Part shown: positions 24,701 to 36,536 of the stretch, one piece after another
Layout: the number at the start of each line of letters is the position of its first letter
Position numbering within the stretch: the first letter of the stretch is position 1
Assembly: GCA_976226885.1 (NCBI GenBank)
Contig: OZ320314.1
Coordinates: 20,956,001-21,020,000 of the forward strand
Reading direction: 5' to 3'
Source of the DNA: Iphione sp. A-MEVVRFRX5
Taxonomy: Eukaryota
DNA: 64,000 bases
Position numbers and translations under genes: made by a program
The notes under the pieces: generated by a model
The model's input: only the letters and a program-made list of their open reading frames with translations
What the model was told of the DNA's origin: nothing
Database searches by the model: none

Positions 24701-27700
24701 AACTGAACGATATATAGCATGTATGATACAAGCATCTGTATCGTAATATTCTAAAGAATCCTTATTAATCATATTCAAGATAAGAGGAACAAGTCCGGAA
24801 AATCTTCCTTAAAGTCGTCCGTCAAATCTTCCCTCAAATCAACTTCACAGAAGTCAGATCCGAAAGAGGAGAGTAAAACAAAAGATCGAACTGTGGATGA
24901 GATTATTGCCTCATTAAAAGGCCCTGTTCGAACTGGAGGGTAAGCTCAATTTTTTCCCCAAATTATGATCTGTTTGCCTTCAGTCAATATATTTTGTAAA
25001 TGTTCATTCAAAATGTGCGCAGAGTACAGTGAATTTTCGGAAGCAGGGTGATACACCTGATTTTAATTAATGTTATCACTTGTATGCAAAAATATCATTA
25101 TTGCTACCTGATTAACTCATTCATTTTGCTTTACATTGAACCTACCCATGCAGTGTTTCTGATGCTGACCGTAAGATTGCTGACATCATGCAGCGAGTCA
25201 TGTCTCGAACCGCGGCCGTACTAGGTACAGATTACGGTGAGTTACTTGATCATTCTAGTTTTTTCAGCTTATCTGTGTCTACTAGTCACTTTTACCTGGC
25301 GGTTAATGGGACTGCTAACAATCATCTAAAGGTCCTCATTCAACAATAATAATTTCCTCAATTGTGAAAGAAAAATCTGCCAAGATATCCTAGATATGTG
25401 ACGACTGAGGCTTGTTGGATAGCAGCATGGTAAAAAGAGCTAGTTGAACGTTTACAGATCAATAGAATCTCAATATTTCTTATGAAGATTAGGTCCTTTT
25501 TTGTATTGAATAAGATAAAGTGTATAAATTTACAATAATGATGAAAAGGGTCCCCATGTTCGGCATAAATTCATGGTACATGTGCTTATACCGAACCAAA
25601 TCTACTAGGTTTAGGGTTTGGCACTGACATTCTTAAACTTAATCACATTATCCTTAAATGACCATCTTGTTACTAAATTAGTATGACTTGTGAAGGACAA
25701 TTTAATGAGGCCAATTTTACTACCCAGCCTTTTCTAGCATGTTTTTTGACACCTGTTAATTCTAAAACGCCTCCATATTTAGCACCAGAGGGGGTAACGA
25801 CTCTCGAGGAAGACCATGGTCAGGCTGAAGGAGCAGGTAGGAGGATCTGACACTTACTGCAGAAGTAAATCTAGGGACTTGTAATGAATGTTCAGTCGTG
25901 TTCTGATGTATCGATATGTAAACTAACAAACTGTGTATGAGTGTAAGCCTAGCTCTCAGAAAATGTTAGTTTTGGATTTTCATGTGCAGCATGGTGAATG
26001 TAAAATGAATGTGTTGAGTTTTGGGGTAAAATGCTAAATGAGCATTTAAAAGGCCTCAAAATAAAGGGAACAAAACCTTAGAGGAACTAACTGGTGAAGT
26101 GACAACTCAACCAAAGAAAGCGTCAAGACTTTAGACTTGGGTCCCTTCCTGAAAGCCACCAAAAGGCGGCTCTCTAGGAGTCTTTCATTTCTATTATATG
26201 GGATTTCTCCCGGATTCCCGTACATTGTTTAGTGAAGTTTGGAGGAACTGTTCATAGCATCTGTAGTAGTTATCAGAGGAATCATTTTCTCCTCCGGTCT
26301 TGGTGTTGTGACCAGTGTGTCTTCTATGGCAATGCATCTTACTCTGTGGTAGGTGCCCTAAAGGAGCTTTACAGGATAGCTTCTTGCTCTGAAGTGTCCT
26401 AGCCTGATTTTAGAGACTCTGTCAATGTCTCTCATGTAAGAGCTTATCAAATGCATTCTCGGCAACTGGCTGTATGGGATCGAACTGACTTGGTGGATGA
26501 TGTGAAGCGTAATGCAGGTATTGGTGGGCATCTGTGGGTTTGCAGAACAACTTTTGGAACAAACATCCTGTGTTTGTTCCCAAAGTTTATCCCTGGTGGC
26601 TTGCAGGCCTTGGACGTGTGGGATATGTAGACTGTACATTGAGGTAGCTAGGATGTCATTGGGATGTAGAACAATGTCTTTAGTTTTGTTAATAAAGTCC
26701 TTTGTGTCCTTTATGAAACTCGGCAGCTAAGAGATGAGTGGTCTCAGTATGTTATCTACGTATTTGGAGATCAACTCTGAAGGTGAATTCGTTGCAGATA
26801 CTGAGCGTGGATATGTGTGGGATCTGGGCTGTGATATTGGCTTGAAGACCCTTGGGTACAGTTCCTTGTTCCAGGTGGGTTCTGAGCATTTCAACATGAT
26901 GTTTGGCTGTTGTCTGTCCTTTCTGGTTCTTCGTCAGTGTCCTGAAAACAGATACCACTTCTTGGCGAAGTGGTCTGGGAATAGGACTTTTATCGGAAAG
27001 GCCTTCTTGGGTTCGAGTCTCATTGCCATTGGTAAGCCCCCCCCCCTACTGAGGTCTCATTGCTATCTGTTCTTTGTCATATCGGGTGAGGTTTATTAGT
27101 GTCTTTGTCCCTGGAGGTTCCCTCTGTTGTGGCAGTGCTGGTCTGGGATTCTATATTATAGAATGCTCAACAGTGTCCATTCTACTGAGTAAAGTCGGTG
27201 TTGGGTGGCACTGTTAACCTTTTTTGGTTGAGTTGTTACCTAACCAGTTAATTCTAAAACCTTAGACAGGAAAAAAAAAATATTTATTTGGTCACTTTAC
27301 TTAAGTCCGTTGCAGTGCATAGTTGAGGCATATTTCAACTCCTGTTAAAGTACTGATGAGCCATGGTCAGTTTGCTATCTCTTGTGATCTGGTATTTCAC
27401 TCTGTTTCCACTTATATTATAATGCATAATGTTACATTATCGATAACATTCCAGAAGATGAAACGGTTAGTAACAAAGAAAAAACCACTACAGTGGCGTC
27501 AACAGATTTGGACTTTCTTGAATCGGATATACAAGAAACAGGTGCGTTTCCCCGTCCCAAATCCATAAATCCCCGTCCATAGTTGAACAGTTGTTTCATA
27601 CACTGTTTATTTGTCTTCCAAGAATGTGTCATGTTGTCTTTGAGAATAGAGACTTGGTTACTTCAATTTTTTTTAGAGAATGTTCGTTTAAATCAACACA

Positions 27701-30700
27701 TCTAAAACAGGCGCTAAAAAAACCTATCTAAGCATTTGGCAAAAAAAAACTGAAATCTGCTTCGAAATTCTAACATTTATGTAAAATGTAACTTAAGAGT
27801 AATTCCCAATTTAACATTGCCCCTGTAGAGATGGATACGGAGCAGACGGCCATCGAGGAGACAGGCACGGTCATATCCCAGACAGAGACCGCAGCCACCA
27901 CCTCTCTGTTCCCCATCTCTGAGCCCCCTGCTGTCATACAGGAAGCTCTGGTAAGCCACGCACGGAACAGATCATCTTCTAGTTTTTATTTGCAACTGTT
28001 AGCGTTGTGAGGGGATAAAAGAAATTGGAGAAGATAGAAATTTTCCCTCCCCACTGACATATATTTACCAAGTAAACTCGATAGTTATGGAGGTTTTGCA
28101 TGTGGAGTTAGGAGTAGCTACTGAAGGAGGGCAAGACCTCTATCCTGGAACTGATCTCGATGGAGCCTGCAAAGCCTTTGATGTGATAGCATTTGGGATG
28201 TTGGGTTCCATCATATCTCTCTGTGTAGCGTCAAGCCCCCCTGCACTAGGGCAAATTAGACTTTAGTACCAGAGGTGGACACTAGGCGTGTTTCTGAGGT
28301 GTAGTCCAGGTGGTGCTGCCATCGACGTAAAGTAGACTTTAGTACCACAGGTGGACACTAGGTTTCTATCTGAGATGTAGTCCAGGTGGCGCCACCGTCG
28401 ACGTGCAATTCTCTCAACTTACCGGCAAAAAAAACCTCTGGTATTCCAAGGCACAGCTATGCCTTGCTTGTAACAAGGCATGGGAGGCATGGGAGGCATG
28501 GGAGATGAACTTCACTTCATATTTGAATGTGCTGCACTACACAAATAAAGACAATTTTACCTGAGAAATCACATTAAAAAAGAGAATAATATGCCAAAAT
28601 TTATTGACATAATACAGAGTAGTGATGTGGAAAGTCTTACTCGTCTCAGCAAATTTATCCTTTATGGCTCGTAAATATACATTACAGCCTCCAGGTAGAT
28701 CTAAGAAATAAAACTGTGCTTAGTTACAGCATTGATTTACAAAGATCTCATCCAAGCATGTTATGTTAATGTAATGTCTTGTTCGTGTTAATGATATTCT
28801 TTTCTCAACTTGTATTTATTAGTGTTGTATAAGTTGTAATCCTCTATGTACCACAAAATGTGGTTAGAGTGAATAAAATCTTAAATCTTGAAATCCTGGT
28901 AGGTGCTCACAGGTTTTGAGTATGCATTTGTTATATCCTTTAAAATCCCATCTCCATCGCTGACATGCTGATAGTTATTAAGAATGTGATGCTAGATGTG
29001 GATGTTTGTTGTTGATAGAAGTTTCCATGAATATTTTTCTGTAATGAACAGGATCAGCTCGCTGAAGCCGGAACACGGTTATCAAGACGCAGTTCTCTGA
29101 ACAAGGAGCTGAAGATTGACTTGAAAGATGTGAAGGCGGAAACTGGAGAAGAAACGCCAAATCTTGAGCAGGTTGGTATCTTATCACTGACAGATGGAAA
29201 GGTGCACTAGCAGTTTCGTTTATTTTGCCCCAAATACTTCATGAATACAGACGTAGGCAGGCCATCAAACAGACCCTTGGGTAACAATGTGGAGCTAAGG
29301 GGGCTGAGAGGATACTTAACTTTCAATATAATAGATGGTAGTATGCTATCCCAGGAGGATATGGAAGAGCCCTGTCATTTGATAGGTGAATATCTAGTTC
29401 CTGGTAAAAGATACAATGAAATGAAAAATAAAACTTATGGAAAACCTCAAAATTCGGTTGTCTCCCTGTGGTAAAACATTTTCCAGGTTGTACTTCACGG
29501 AGTATCTTCATCTTGCAGGCATGGGAGGACCTAATGGCGCCAAAGGAGGTAAAGTATGAGGATATCCTGAACGTGACAGCCCACCCCGCACCCACTTACG
29601 GCCCTGACAGCAAGGAGTCAGATCAGCCCGCTGAGGCCAACAACCCCTCCACCTTCCTGTCTACCTGGGTGCCGGCAGTGGATGGTAAAGATGAGGGAGA
29701 CACTGATCCCATGAAGGTTCCTGGAAGAGCGGGGAAGCAAGACCACGTGGCCCAGAAACGAGTGTGGCCTGAGTATGGTATACACCACTTCTGCACCGTG
29801 ACTGGCGATGTGCAGCTGCCTGACCACTATCGGGGTGTCTGGCGGCGCTACCACGTCCCCAGTAAAGTCGACTTTCTCCAAGCCAGGGAGGTATGTTGAT
29901 TAATGTCTCTTTATCTCTTATATAACCTACAGTAAGGGCGAGTTCACCTGCACAGATTTCGTCGAATCCGTCCCCTTTCAAATTGTATTGTTTTTTTTCA
30001 TAATTACGTTTTTTTTACAGTTAATTATTTACTAGGTGATTTATGTATTCAAGAACTTTGCAGCCCATAAGGACGCCTTATCAAATAAACGTTGTATTCG
30101 AGTGGCACTCATATAGATGGCTCAAAGACAATTTTTTTTTGCTGCATGCTTATCTAGCCTGTATCACTGTTAAATATTTATGGAATATATATAAATAATC
30201 AGTGAACCAAAAAATAGTCACTCAATTTAATGAGCCAGAAACATTTTATTCTGTTCACCAACATACAAGCCTGATGAGCTCAGAAGAGCGAAACCCTGTT
30301 TATAACCCAAGCTTTAATTCAGACATCTGAATTTAATTTTAAGTAGGTTAATAGACCTCAAATATAGTAGATCCACATGGACTATTTCCATTGTGGATAC
30401 ATCCAAGAGTGACTGGTCATATCAATGGGCAGGAGGCATGACAACAACATTCCATTTGTCACAACAGGGTAGCTTCTGGTGGACTAGACAGCTCTTTCTC
30501 CTCGTTTCAAGTCAAAGACAATTTTTTAATGATAATTTAGCAATCGATTTACTGATATGTTTACTGCTATCGTTTTCAAGATCTTTTCGACTTTTTATGG
30601 ATTGTGAATAGTTTATATTTTACTGAATTTTCATGGCTTAATTTTCATGTTTCTTGAATCATTAATCGATAAAAATGGACTAATACTAATTCCAAGTTAT

Positions 30701-31348
30701 TGACAACAACCAAGCAATGACCCGGCAACTGCCAACCATATAAGAGAATCAGTTCAGTATCCAAGCAAGTTACCTGAAGAAGATCTGTAATAAGGTCGAA
30801 AGCTTGTTGAACATGGTTTTATTTAATTAATCTTTATTCTTTATTATTACGTCAAAACCAATATACACACTATGGAAGGCTGATATGCCAAATGTCCATC
30901 AATCAGCATCCAGTGTGCACAGACCTGTGATGTTTCACACAGGTCACCCCAAGAGAGTCATCACATCCACAGCCTACAGAGTCAACGGGTGGCCATTACA
31001 CACTGTCAGACAGCAACAACATAGGTGCAGACCACAACCAAACTGAGCGGATCCAGTCAGCTGCTGCTCGCCGCATTCTCGCTGAGGCCAACCGTCTTGG
31101 TGAAGGGGCAGATACATCAGACAGTCTGGAGGCCTGGGCTTCACGAGCCCAGCAAGTGGTTAGTGTTGCGACCTACTTCCTTCTCACCTTACAATGCTTG
31201 TTTCATGTAAAATACAGAGAGAGCAGCGTATCGCAACATTGATAGTTGGATTATCATGGAGGTACAAAGCAGGAAGTATCTGGTCATGGAGCACAAGAGA
31301 CTGACACTGACTGTTCAGGTTCAGTACATCCAGTTGAATCTCGAGATT

Positions 31349-31430
<82 letters not shown>

Positions 31431-34400
31431 CTCTCTCTCTCTGTTTCGCAATTCACAAGACCTCCATTTTGCTTCGCAGTTCAGAAGACCTCCATTTTGC
31501 TGTGACTTACCTACATTCTTTCAACTGGAATTTATTATGGTATACCATCAATGAACTCATGTTCGTAGATATGGTTTCAGCATTCTCACATTTTACACAG
31601 CAGAGTATATTCAGTAAGAATATGTTTATCTTGCCACAGTTTGATATCTCTGAGATGGCAGTAGAGGGCAAGAAGATGGATATCAAGATGGATGAATCTT
31701 TCCTCTACTGGAGCCCAGCGCCACCCAAGTGGGATGTGGCCCCTGCCCATGTGAAGCACCGCCTCTTCCGTGCTTACCATGGAGCTGCTCTCGCTACCAT
31801 AACTGAGGGTTCTAAAATTCTCGATGATGAAGAGGAAGAGGAAGAGGAGGAGGAGGAGGCAGTTATTGACACTATGGATCCAGAGGATATCATGGCTCGT
31901 GATCGGTAAGGGACAACAGCTCTCAGATGTAACAGTGTCAGATATGATAAAAGTTTTATTGTAGCTGTAGAAAGAGTTAAGTTACTAGCCATGATGTGAG
32001 GGAGCAGGTGGGATATCCACAGGCAGCTGGGGAGGAGCATTAGCGGCTGTAGGCAGCTAGGTAGGAGGTGTGATGGCCTTAGGGTGCATGATCTCCACAT
32101 TGCAGCTCACAGCTGCATCTTCTGCTTGTCTTGCATATTCAGTTATATGACAAAATAATTCTGCGTTTTCTTTTTTTTTCAGTTTTCTTCTGTGCTATTT
32201 ATTTCACATACATGTGTATATAATATATACATGAGAGTATTGTATTGTATTGTCGTTAATGAATGTATATGATGCTTGTTGCATGGTTACATAATAAACA
32301 GTCAACAACTGTTCTGTTTACGACATATATAAATATAATACTTATATATCCCATATACATCCAGGAAATACGTTTTCTGTTTTTTTCTACAGTGTATTAG
32401 GACGTAACTATGGCTCAGCTCAGGACCTGACTTACCTGTCTCGAGCCTACTTGATTCAAGAGGAGCAAATGAAGGCTGGTCATGTAACTCAGACAGGCAT
32501 CACGAGCAAGTCCGAGAGCCTTGCAACAATGAGTGATATTGGCAGTAGTACTTATCGCACAGCTACTGACAGGCCGCGAGGCGGTGGTCTCAAGGGCTCG
32601 GATCTCGAGTCTGTCAGTGAAGGTGTGTGAACGCTAAATATCCTAAGATCATTGCTAAGATCATTTATCATATTTGAAACTGTTGTTCCGAACTTTTGTG
32701 GTATTCTCTGATGATTCACATATCTGACCGCTTAAGGAATATTGATGTATGACAAATAAAAGTGTCGAGAATATCAGTTTATATGATTTTTGTAATGTAG
32801 TATATCGTATATCTATACATGTAATGCATGACTTTGTACTGTATTTACTTCATCCTGACTACAGTATCATAGCTTCAATGTAGTCCTAAAGCTTTGTTTG
32901 TATCACCCCTGTTCACCACATGCGCCATGAAGGCACCACTCGCAGTGATGCCAGCAGCCTGCCATTACCTGGTCCCATCTCGTTTGCGGACCTCCGGGCT
33001 CGTTTCTCCATGGCAGCAGCTCTACATCCTGAGGTTAAGTCGCCCAGTGAAATGCCAGACGAGGAGATTTTCCCGATCTTTCCCCTGCGACGGTATGCCG
33101 ACATATATTGAACATTTATGTCAAGTAACCTTCTTGCATCACAGTATACCATAGAATGTTTGCACTGAATTATAAGAGTCTAAGTGCTTCCTAACCAACT
33201 CGAAAATGTTTCGGTTTAACTACCACCATGCCAGACAGTAAGCTATAAATGTCATTATGCTGCTGTGTGATTAGTGCAATGTTTCTTCAGACGCAGGAAT
33301 TCCGCCCCTGGTCGTCTTGTCAACGAGGAGGATGACTACATTCTCGTCTTTGAAGACTACAACGTTATAATGGAAGATGTGAGTTTACCTTTGATTTCAT
33401 GAACAGTTTCCCCCACCTAAGGATGTAGTAAGGTCTTGGCTTTTAGTATCACTGTTACCTGCCCAATTCGTCATTGAGTAATACTGATGTGAGGTTGACT
33501 TTGATTGTTGCCGGTGTAGTTGACCCTTTGCATGGTTTCTAGGCAAATGCGTTATTGAGTAATATATGTGTGTGTGTTTGTCAGTTAATCTACGACCGGT
33601 GGTATTTCAGGGACCCCTACAGCAAATGCCTTATTTTATTTAAAGCGTGGCTGGATTCTTCCTCTCTCTTTCTATTTCTCTGTCTCTCCTCTCGTCCCTC
33701 TCTCTTTTAAACTACAAAGAAAGTTACAGGAGGTACACAGCAGGTGACAGTCATACAGGAGGCACAAAAAGTAAAACGCACCTATACAGAATATAAGTGT
33801 TACATCCTGCTTGTATTATAGCTCCGTAAGCAGCGGCAGCAGTTGAAGGACATCAAGGAGGGACGTCGGGAGCCCCCCAGGCGGCGTGGTGAAGCCTTAG
33901 AGCCAGAAGATGGTGACGAAGAGACTGAAGAGGCAAAAGATACTGAATTAAAACAAGAACAAGAAATACCTGTAGGTTTAGAGGCTATACCCGAAGTGTC
34001 AGTGGGATCGCCAGATAAACTTTCCCTGCTAAGCAAGAAGAAAGGTATGTGTATTGTGTGTAGCAAAACTGTTTTCCATCATTATCTACCTGTATTCATA
34101 TGCATACTTCTGCCTGCCCGGGCGTTCTCCTTGCTGTGTGACTAAAGCTGTCTGCCAACATGTCGCTTTTTGTACTCAATATAGACGAACCCACCCCTGC
34201 TGAGTTGGCCCTACAGGCTGGGAGAGCGTACGTGCTGCTACCACAGAAAAAGCAAGTCTCTTTTTTACATGGACTTTTCTTGCCTTGACTTTAGTACTGT
34301 TATTGCACACTAGGTGTCTCCCTGAGAGACAGTCCAGGTGGCGCCACTACATATCCCATAGCCACTTTTACTTCATACCGACGTGCCCATCTTTTGTTTC

Positions 34401-35992
34401 TCCTACGCTTGTTGGTTTTTTATTAGATTTCTTTTATTAACGTTAAATTAGATTTCTTGGTTAGTCCATTGCTTTAATACTCTCGGAGATATTAGACAGT
34501 GGACGAATACAATGAACCACTGCAGCTATCCTGCAGGAGTAAGATACATTCTTGATATAATCGGGAAACCTGGTTAATTTTTTTATGGTAACCCTTCTTT
34601 ATACAGAAAAAAGAAGAAGAAAGCAAAAGCTTTGGACATGGCGCGTATCGAAGCCTTGGAGCGGTTCCTAGCCCAGCAACCATCAACGTTGACAAGAACA
34701 GAGTCCCTGCCCAAGATAGATCGAGAGGTCGAGCGTGAACTGAGAGTTCCTGAGTAAGAGATCGGAGTTGTTTTAGTAGCAAACCACTCATTTATTTGTA
34801 AATTCTGCAATACCACAGTATGTAAGAAAGCTTAAATGAGGTGATTTCTGTGGAAAGAAGAAAGAAACAAAATTAGAGTTTCTTAAATGTATTTTGATGA
34901 AAATGTTCATGATTTCTTTGTACAGAAAGGTTCGCTCCAAAAGACGCTCCAGCACACCGGCAGTGTTTAATTTCGAGGCATTCAGTCAACGCAGAGGGTT
35001 CAAGTATGTGAATAGCTTTACTATTATTCAACATCTTGGTGGATCCCCTATACACTTTCAGACAAGACTCCGTCAAAGAAATAGAACAGAGACGGCTATT
35101 TAATCGTTTTAGAGAGAAGAACAAATAGTATACAATTCATTCCATTGAAGATATGATCTCTGAATATTTGTTCAACTCGACAATGTGAGGTCCTGAGGTG
35201 AATCTTTTCCCCACCTTCAGACCTGGCGGTGACGAACGTGAGGACTACCGCAGTGTGTGGAACACGTGGTTTGACCAGGTGTACCCACCGACCCCTCCCG
35301 AGTCGGAGTGGGAGGAGGACGAGGAGGACACCATTGAACCGGAGGAGGAGCAAGTCAAGGAGGAGAAACCCAAACGGTCAGCAGGCCTAGTGGCAACGCG
35401 TCGGCTTTAAAGTTGTAATTTATTAGTCGGCTGTAAATATATAGTTTGCCTGTGCAAACATAATGCTTGATATAGGATTTGGCATCTCTCGTCTGACCCT
35501 GTAACAACTAAAATAAGGATCTAAAAAATTATTAATCAGTGCAGGCAGTGGATTCTTTCCATTTCTTCAAATCATTAGAAGTGTGATTCACGCCATTACA
35601 ATCGTCCGCTGATATCCAAGCAAAATACACAAAGGCTGGGGATTGTCACGCTTGATCAAAGAAGTACGGACTAGGTGCTTTCAGAGTGGTATTATGTTTG
35701 AGATATACATGTACATGGAAATTTCGCTTCAAGTAGGTTCTTAGGTAGTTAACTGAGAATGTCTCAAAGTGTAGGTGTCCACACTTGATACATATACGCA
35801 CAAAGAAGTATTCTGAATATTTGACTGCCTTTGAACTGCTTCCATGTGTATTTGAAGTCTTGTCATTGCAATGACGCTGTTTCTAGCCTGTCTGCTCGTT
35901 TCCATAGGCGCTCCTCAGTGAGTACTGTGTATTCAGAGACCATGGAGGTGGACCCAGTCATAGAAGATGAAGAGGACGAAATGACCATAGAG
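12764..35992 (+). CDS. TTC6: TTC6 N-terminal (non-TPR) half, ~24 exons, ~1,175 aa
   Basis: Phase-consistent exon chain: 12710/12764-12969, 13583-13685, 13829-13955, 21632-21683, 22864-22951, 23152-23362, 23573-23670, 23825-23957, 24780-24939, 25154-25236, 25783-25836, 27829-27950, 29519-29890, 30943-31158, 31640-31905, 32393-32622, 32933-33092, 33291-33378, 33822-34044, 34185-34227 or 34251, 34607-34753, 34926-35003, 35221-35376, 35908-35992, joining in phase 0 to 42681. Contains RTVDEIIASL, DRKIADIMQRV, IHHFCT, YWSPAPPK and WNTWFDQVYPP, resembling recalled long-form TTC6. The start codon is uncertain. Confidence 0.75.
14085..14429 (-). mobile_element. tRNA-derived SINE copy (diverged)
   Basis: Collinear with 45885-46214 over ~330 bp (e.g. 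gtagcatactaccatctatt...aataggtttctggggtctttttgt...ctacagtaaatc). Confidence 0.75.
14960..15815 (-). mobile_element. Decayed DIRS-type element, tyrosine recombinase (and upstream MT-like) remnant
   Basis: Frameshifted minus-strand peptides IMKGMSNVKP, LKHPTPG...FLDKSLCVYKHLATY and GQFTSYSTRSASTSKALQMG..V..VLKTA.......RFYQRPV follow the DIRS YR pattern (F.KG..N.RP, LK.SRPG, LCV..Y, F.AHSTRAASTS, FY). Confidence 0.7.
15821..19611 (+). mobile_element. Ty3/Gypsy-type LTR retroelement, non-autonomous (Gag-protease only), 3,791 bp
   Basis: 160-bp LTRs 15821-15980 and 19452-19611 (TG...CA, 3 substitutions); 5-bp TSD ATGTC (15816-15820, 19612-19616); PBS TGGCGACGAGGATG 15982-15995, complementary to the 3' end of tRNA-Ser(GCT) as recalled; PPT gaagaaaggaaggga just before the 3' LTR. 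Confidence 0.95.
17566..19329 (+). CDS. Retroelement Gag (two CCHC knuckles) plus aspartic protease with a charged C-terminal tail, 587 aa
   Basis: W..WKRAF..Y...QKVALLLHTGG gag N-terminus, CFRCNKTDH...C and CGKCKKTGH...C knuckles, protease LIDSGASCN. No YxDD, RNaseH or integrase motifs before the stop. Confidence 0.9.
   Translation: MMAPTETRGIVDGLKSLGVSSLPCFDPKGEPTTLCARWKRWKRAFNLYVMSRGVTVEEQKVALLLHTGGMELQEVFYTLVPEETGMSLKECIDRLDTHFVPTVNVPFERHLFRQLEQGAGETVDQFVCRLRHKAVSCEFADVDEAIRDQLIDKCREQRLRRKFLEKSANVKLKDLEDIARAYEAVEAQMKSMTGTSSSTQVNAVQKKGDFSKKSKETQGRARARGASSGQGSRDSSGKKCFRCNKTDHFASDKKCPARGKECGKCKKTGHFAICCRTKGPDTQQRPQRQRHHAKAYQWDRDASDGRQTGDYIFAVGAEKMDGMVDLEVGGVDLRSVLIDSGASCNIMDKATWNMMKCNKVKCVSRLSNKKLFTYGQAKPIEVLGIFEAEIVCPASQKHCQDEFTVIKGSGRTLLGKQTAERLNLLRVGPPESPRVYATTAEGNDTNMQQKYSNVSTNIGNWKEVQRKSHVNKATRLEAKQVRRLPCCQHDKGEEAIIRQQLSDANEKEDVKRKVQRKMKENIKKKLEDATVKTEDRRVTREERTRKMENKKVKTEDGTAEATFIYVKGKKKDSQSAPNFNSEQYSVK
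19617..19835. mobile_element. Continuation of the interrupted minus-strand DIRS remnant (19617-19760) plus a small plus-strand YR C-terminal fragment (19770-19835)
   Basis: Minus frame RMNGWAIGSTRS...LWLFLKN reads across the TSD into 15820 and resembles the DIRS RNaseH YINRMGG...W region. aagatgggcatgcctgtgtcagagattataaagagg resembles the YR tail at 41525-41570 (aagatgggaatgcttttgtctgaaattatgaagagg). Confidence 0.5.
21117..21222. repeat. Short local duplication
   Basis: aat(g/a)tgctccccactgcaccct...tatgctggggaca occurs twice ~57 bp apart. Confidence 0.7.
24034..24113 (+). mobile_element. DIRS left-terminus relic
   Basis: acttagtact...ggacactaggtgtc...tgagata...ccaggtggcgc matches the DIRS left end at 36292. 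Confidence 0.75.
26060..27130 (-). mobile_element. Possible decayed Penelope-like element N-terminal fragment
   Basis: Minus peptide KHHVEMLRTHLEQGTVPKGLQ resembles the H..FL..C....IPKGL motif recalled from Penelope-like ORF N-termini; the surrounding sequence is fragmented. No RT or GIY-YIG motif seen. Confidence 0.35.
28260..28404 (+). mobile_element. Tandem pair (76-bp period) of DIRS left-terminus relics
   Basis: actttagtacca(g/c)aggtggacactagg...ctgag.tgtagtccaggtgg.gc..cc.tcgacgt at 28260 and 28336. Confidence 0.8.
28495..28895 (+). mobile_element. LINE 3' end (ORF2 C-terminal knuckle region plus tail)
   Basis: GDELHFIFEC matches the ..DE.HF...C end of CR1/L2-group ORF2, followed by AATAAA and an atctt-type short tail at ~28872-28895. 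Confidence 0.65.
29320..29405 (+). mobile_element. 3' fragment of the same SINE, opposite orientation
   Basis: aatagatggtagtatgctatcccaggaggatatggaagagc...tatctagttcctggt is the near reverse complement of 45895-45970. Confidence 0.65.
31352..31426. repeat. (CT)n microsatellite
   Basis: ~37 perfect CT units. Confidence 0.98.
34288..34370 (+). mobile_element. DIRS left-terminus relic
   Basis: actttagtact...cacactaggtgtctccctgaga.acagtccaggtggcgccac...atcccatagccactttta. Confidence 0.8.
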
Positions 35993-36536
35993 GTAACTTT
36001 CGCCAGTATAACAGCAAAGAAGATACCTTTTAGTCGATGAAGGGGGTTCATTTTTCCCCATAATTCTTTTTAATCAGGTGGTATATCTAATACGTTTCAT
36101 TTAGTTCTGCTGTACAGCCAAATAGCCTGAATGATAAGATTGCTCATGTGTAGCGAGAATCCAGACAATGGAGCAATTAGTCATTGGAAAAATGTTTACA
36201 GCTTTGGAACTGACACTCAGATACTTTTCCTGTGATATATAACGTTATGGGAAAAGTTAAGTCATGTGAGATATCAACATGCAGCACAGTGACTTTAGTA
36301 CCAGCACAGGACACTAGGTGTCTCCCTGAGATACAGCCCAGTGGCACCACCACAGTCAGCCATCTTGGTTGTTGTCACTTTTAGTCTAGCAGTCACCCAG
36401 TTCAGACCTGTCTTGGGATTCTTACTGTTCTAAACTGTCACTGTTCTTTCTTTCTATTTCTATCAGGATCACCAAAGGGAGTATTTTTTCTACTTTGCTT
36501 TGCTGATTTGTGTTTTTGCTTTGTGATTGTGATATC

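Noticed and set aside
31217-31320. Possible extra TTC6 exon (RAAYRNIDSWIIME...)
   Set aside because: Poor polypyrimidine tract, and the direct join 31158 to 31640 already restores the expected motif spacing.
31184-31909. 217-aa ORF with (SL)n and the antisense (RE)n ORF
   Set aside because: Artefact of the (CT)n microsatellite; only 31640-31905 is a real exon.
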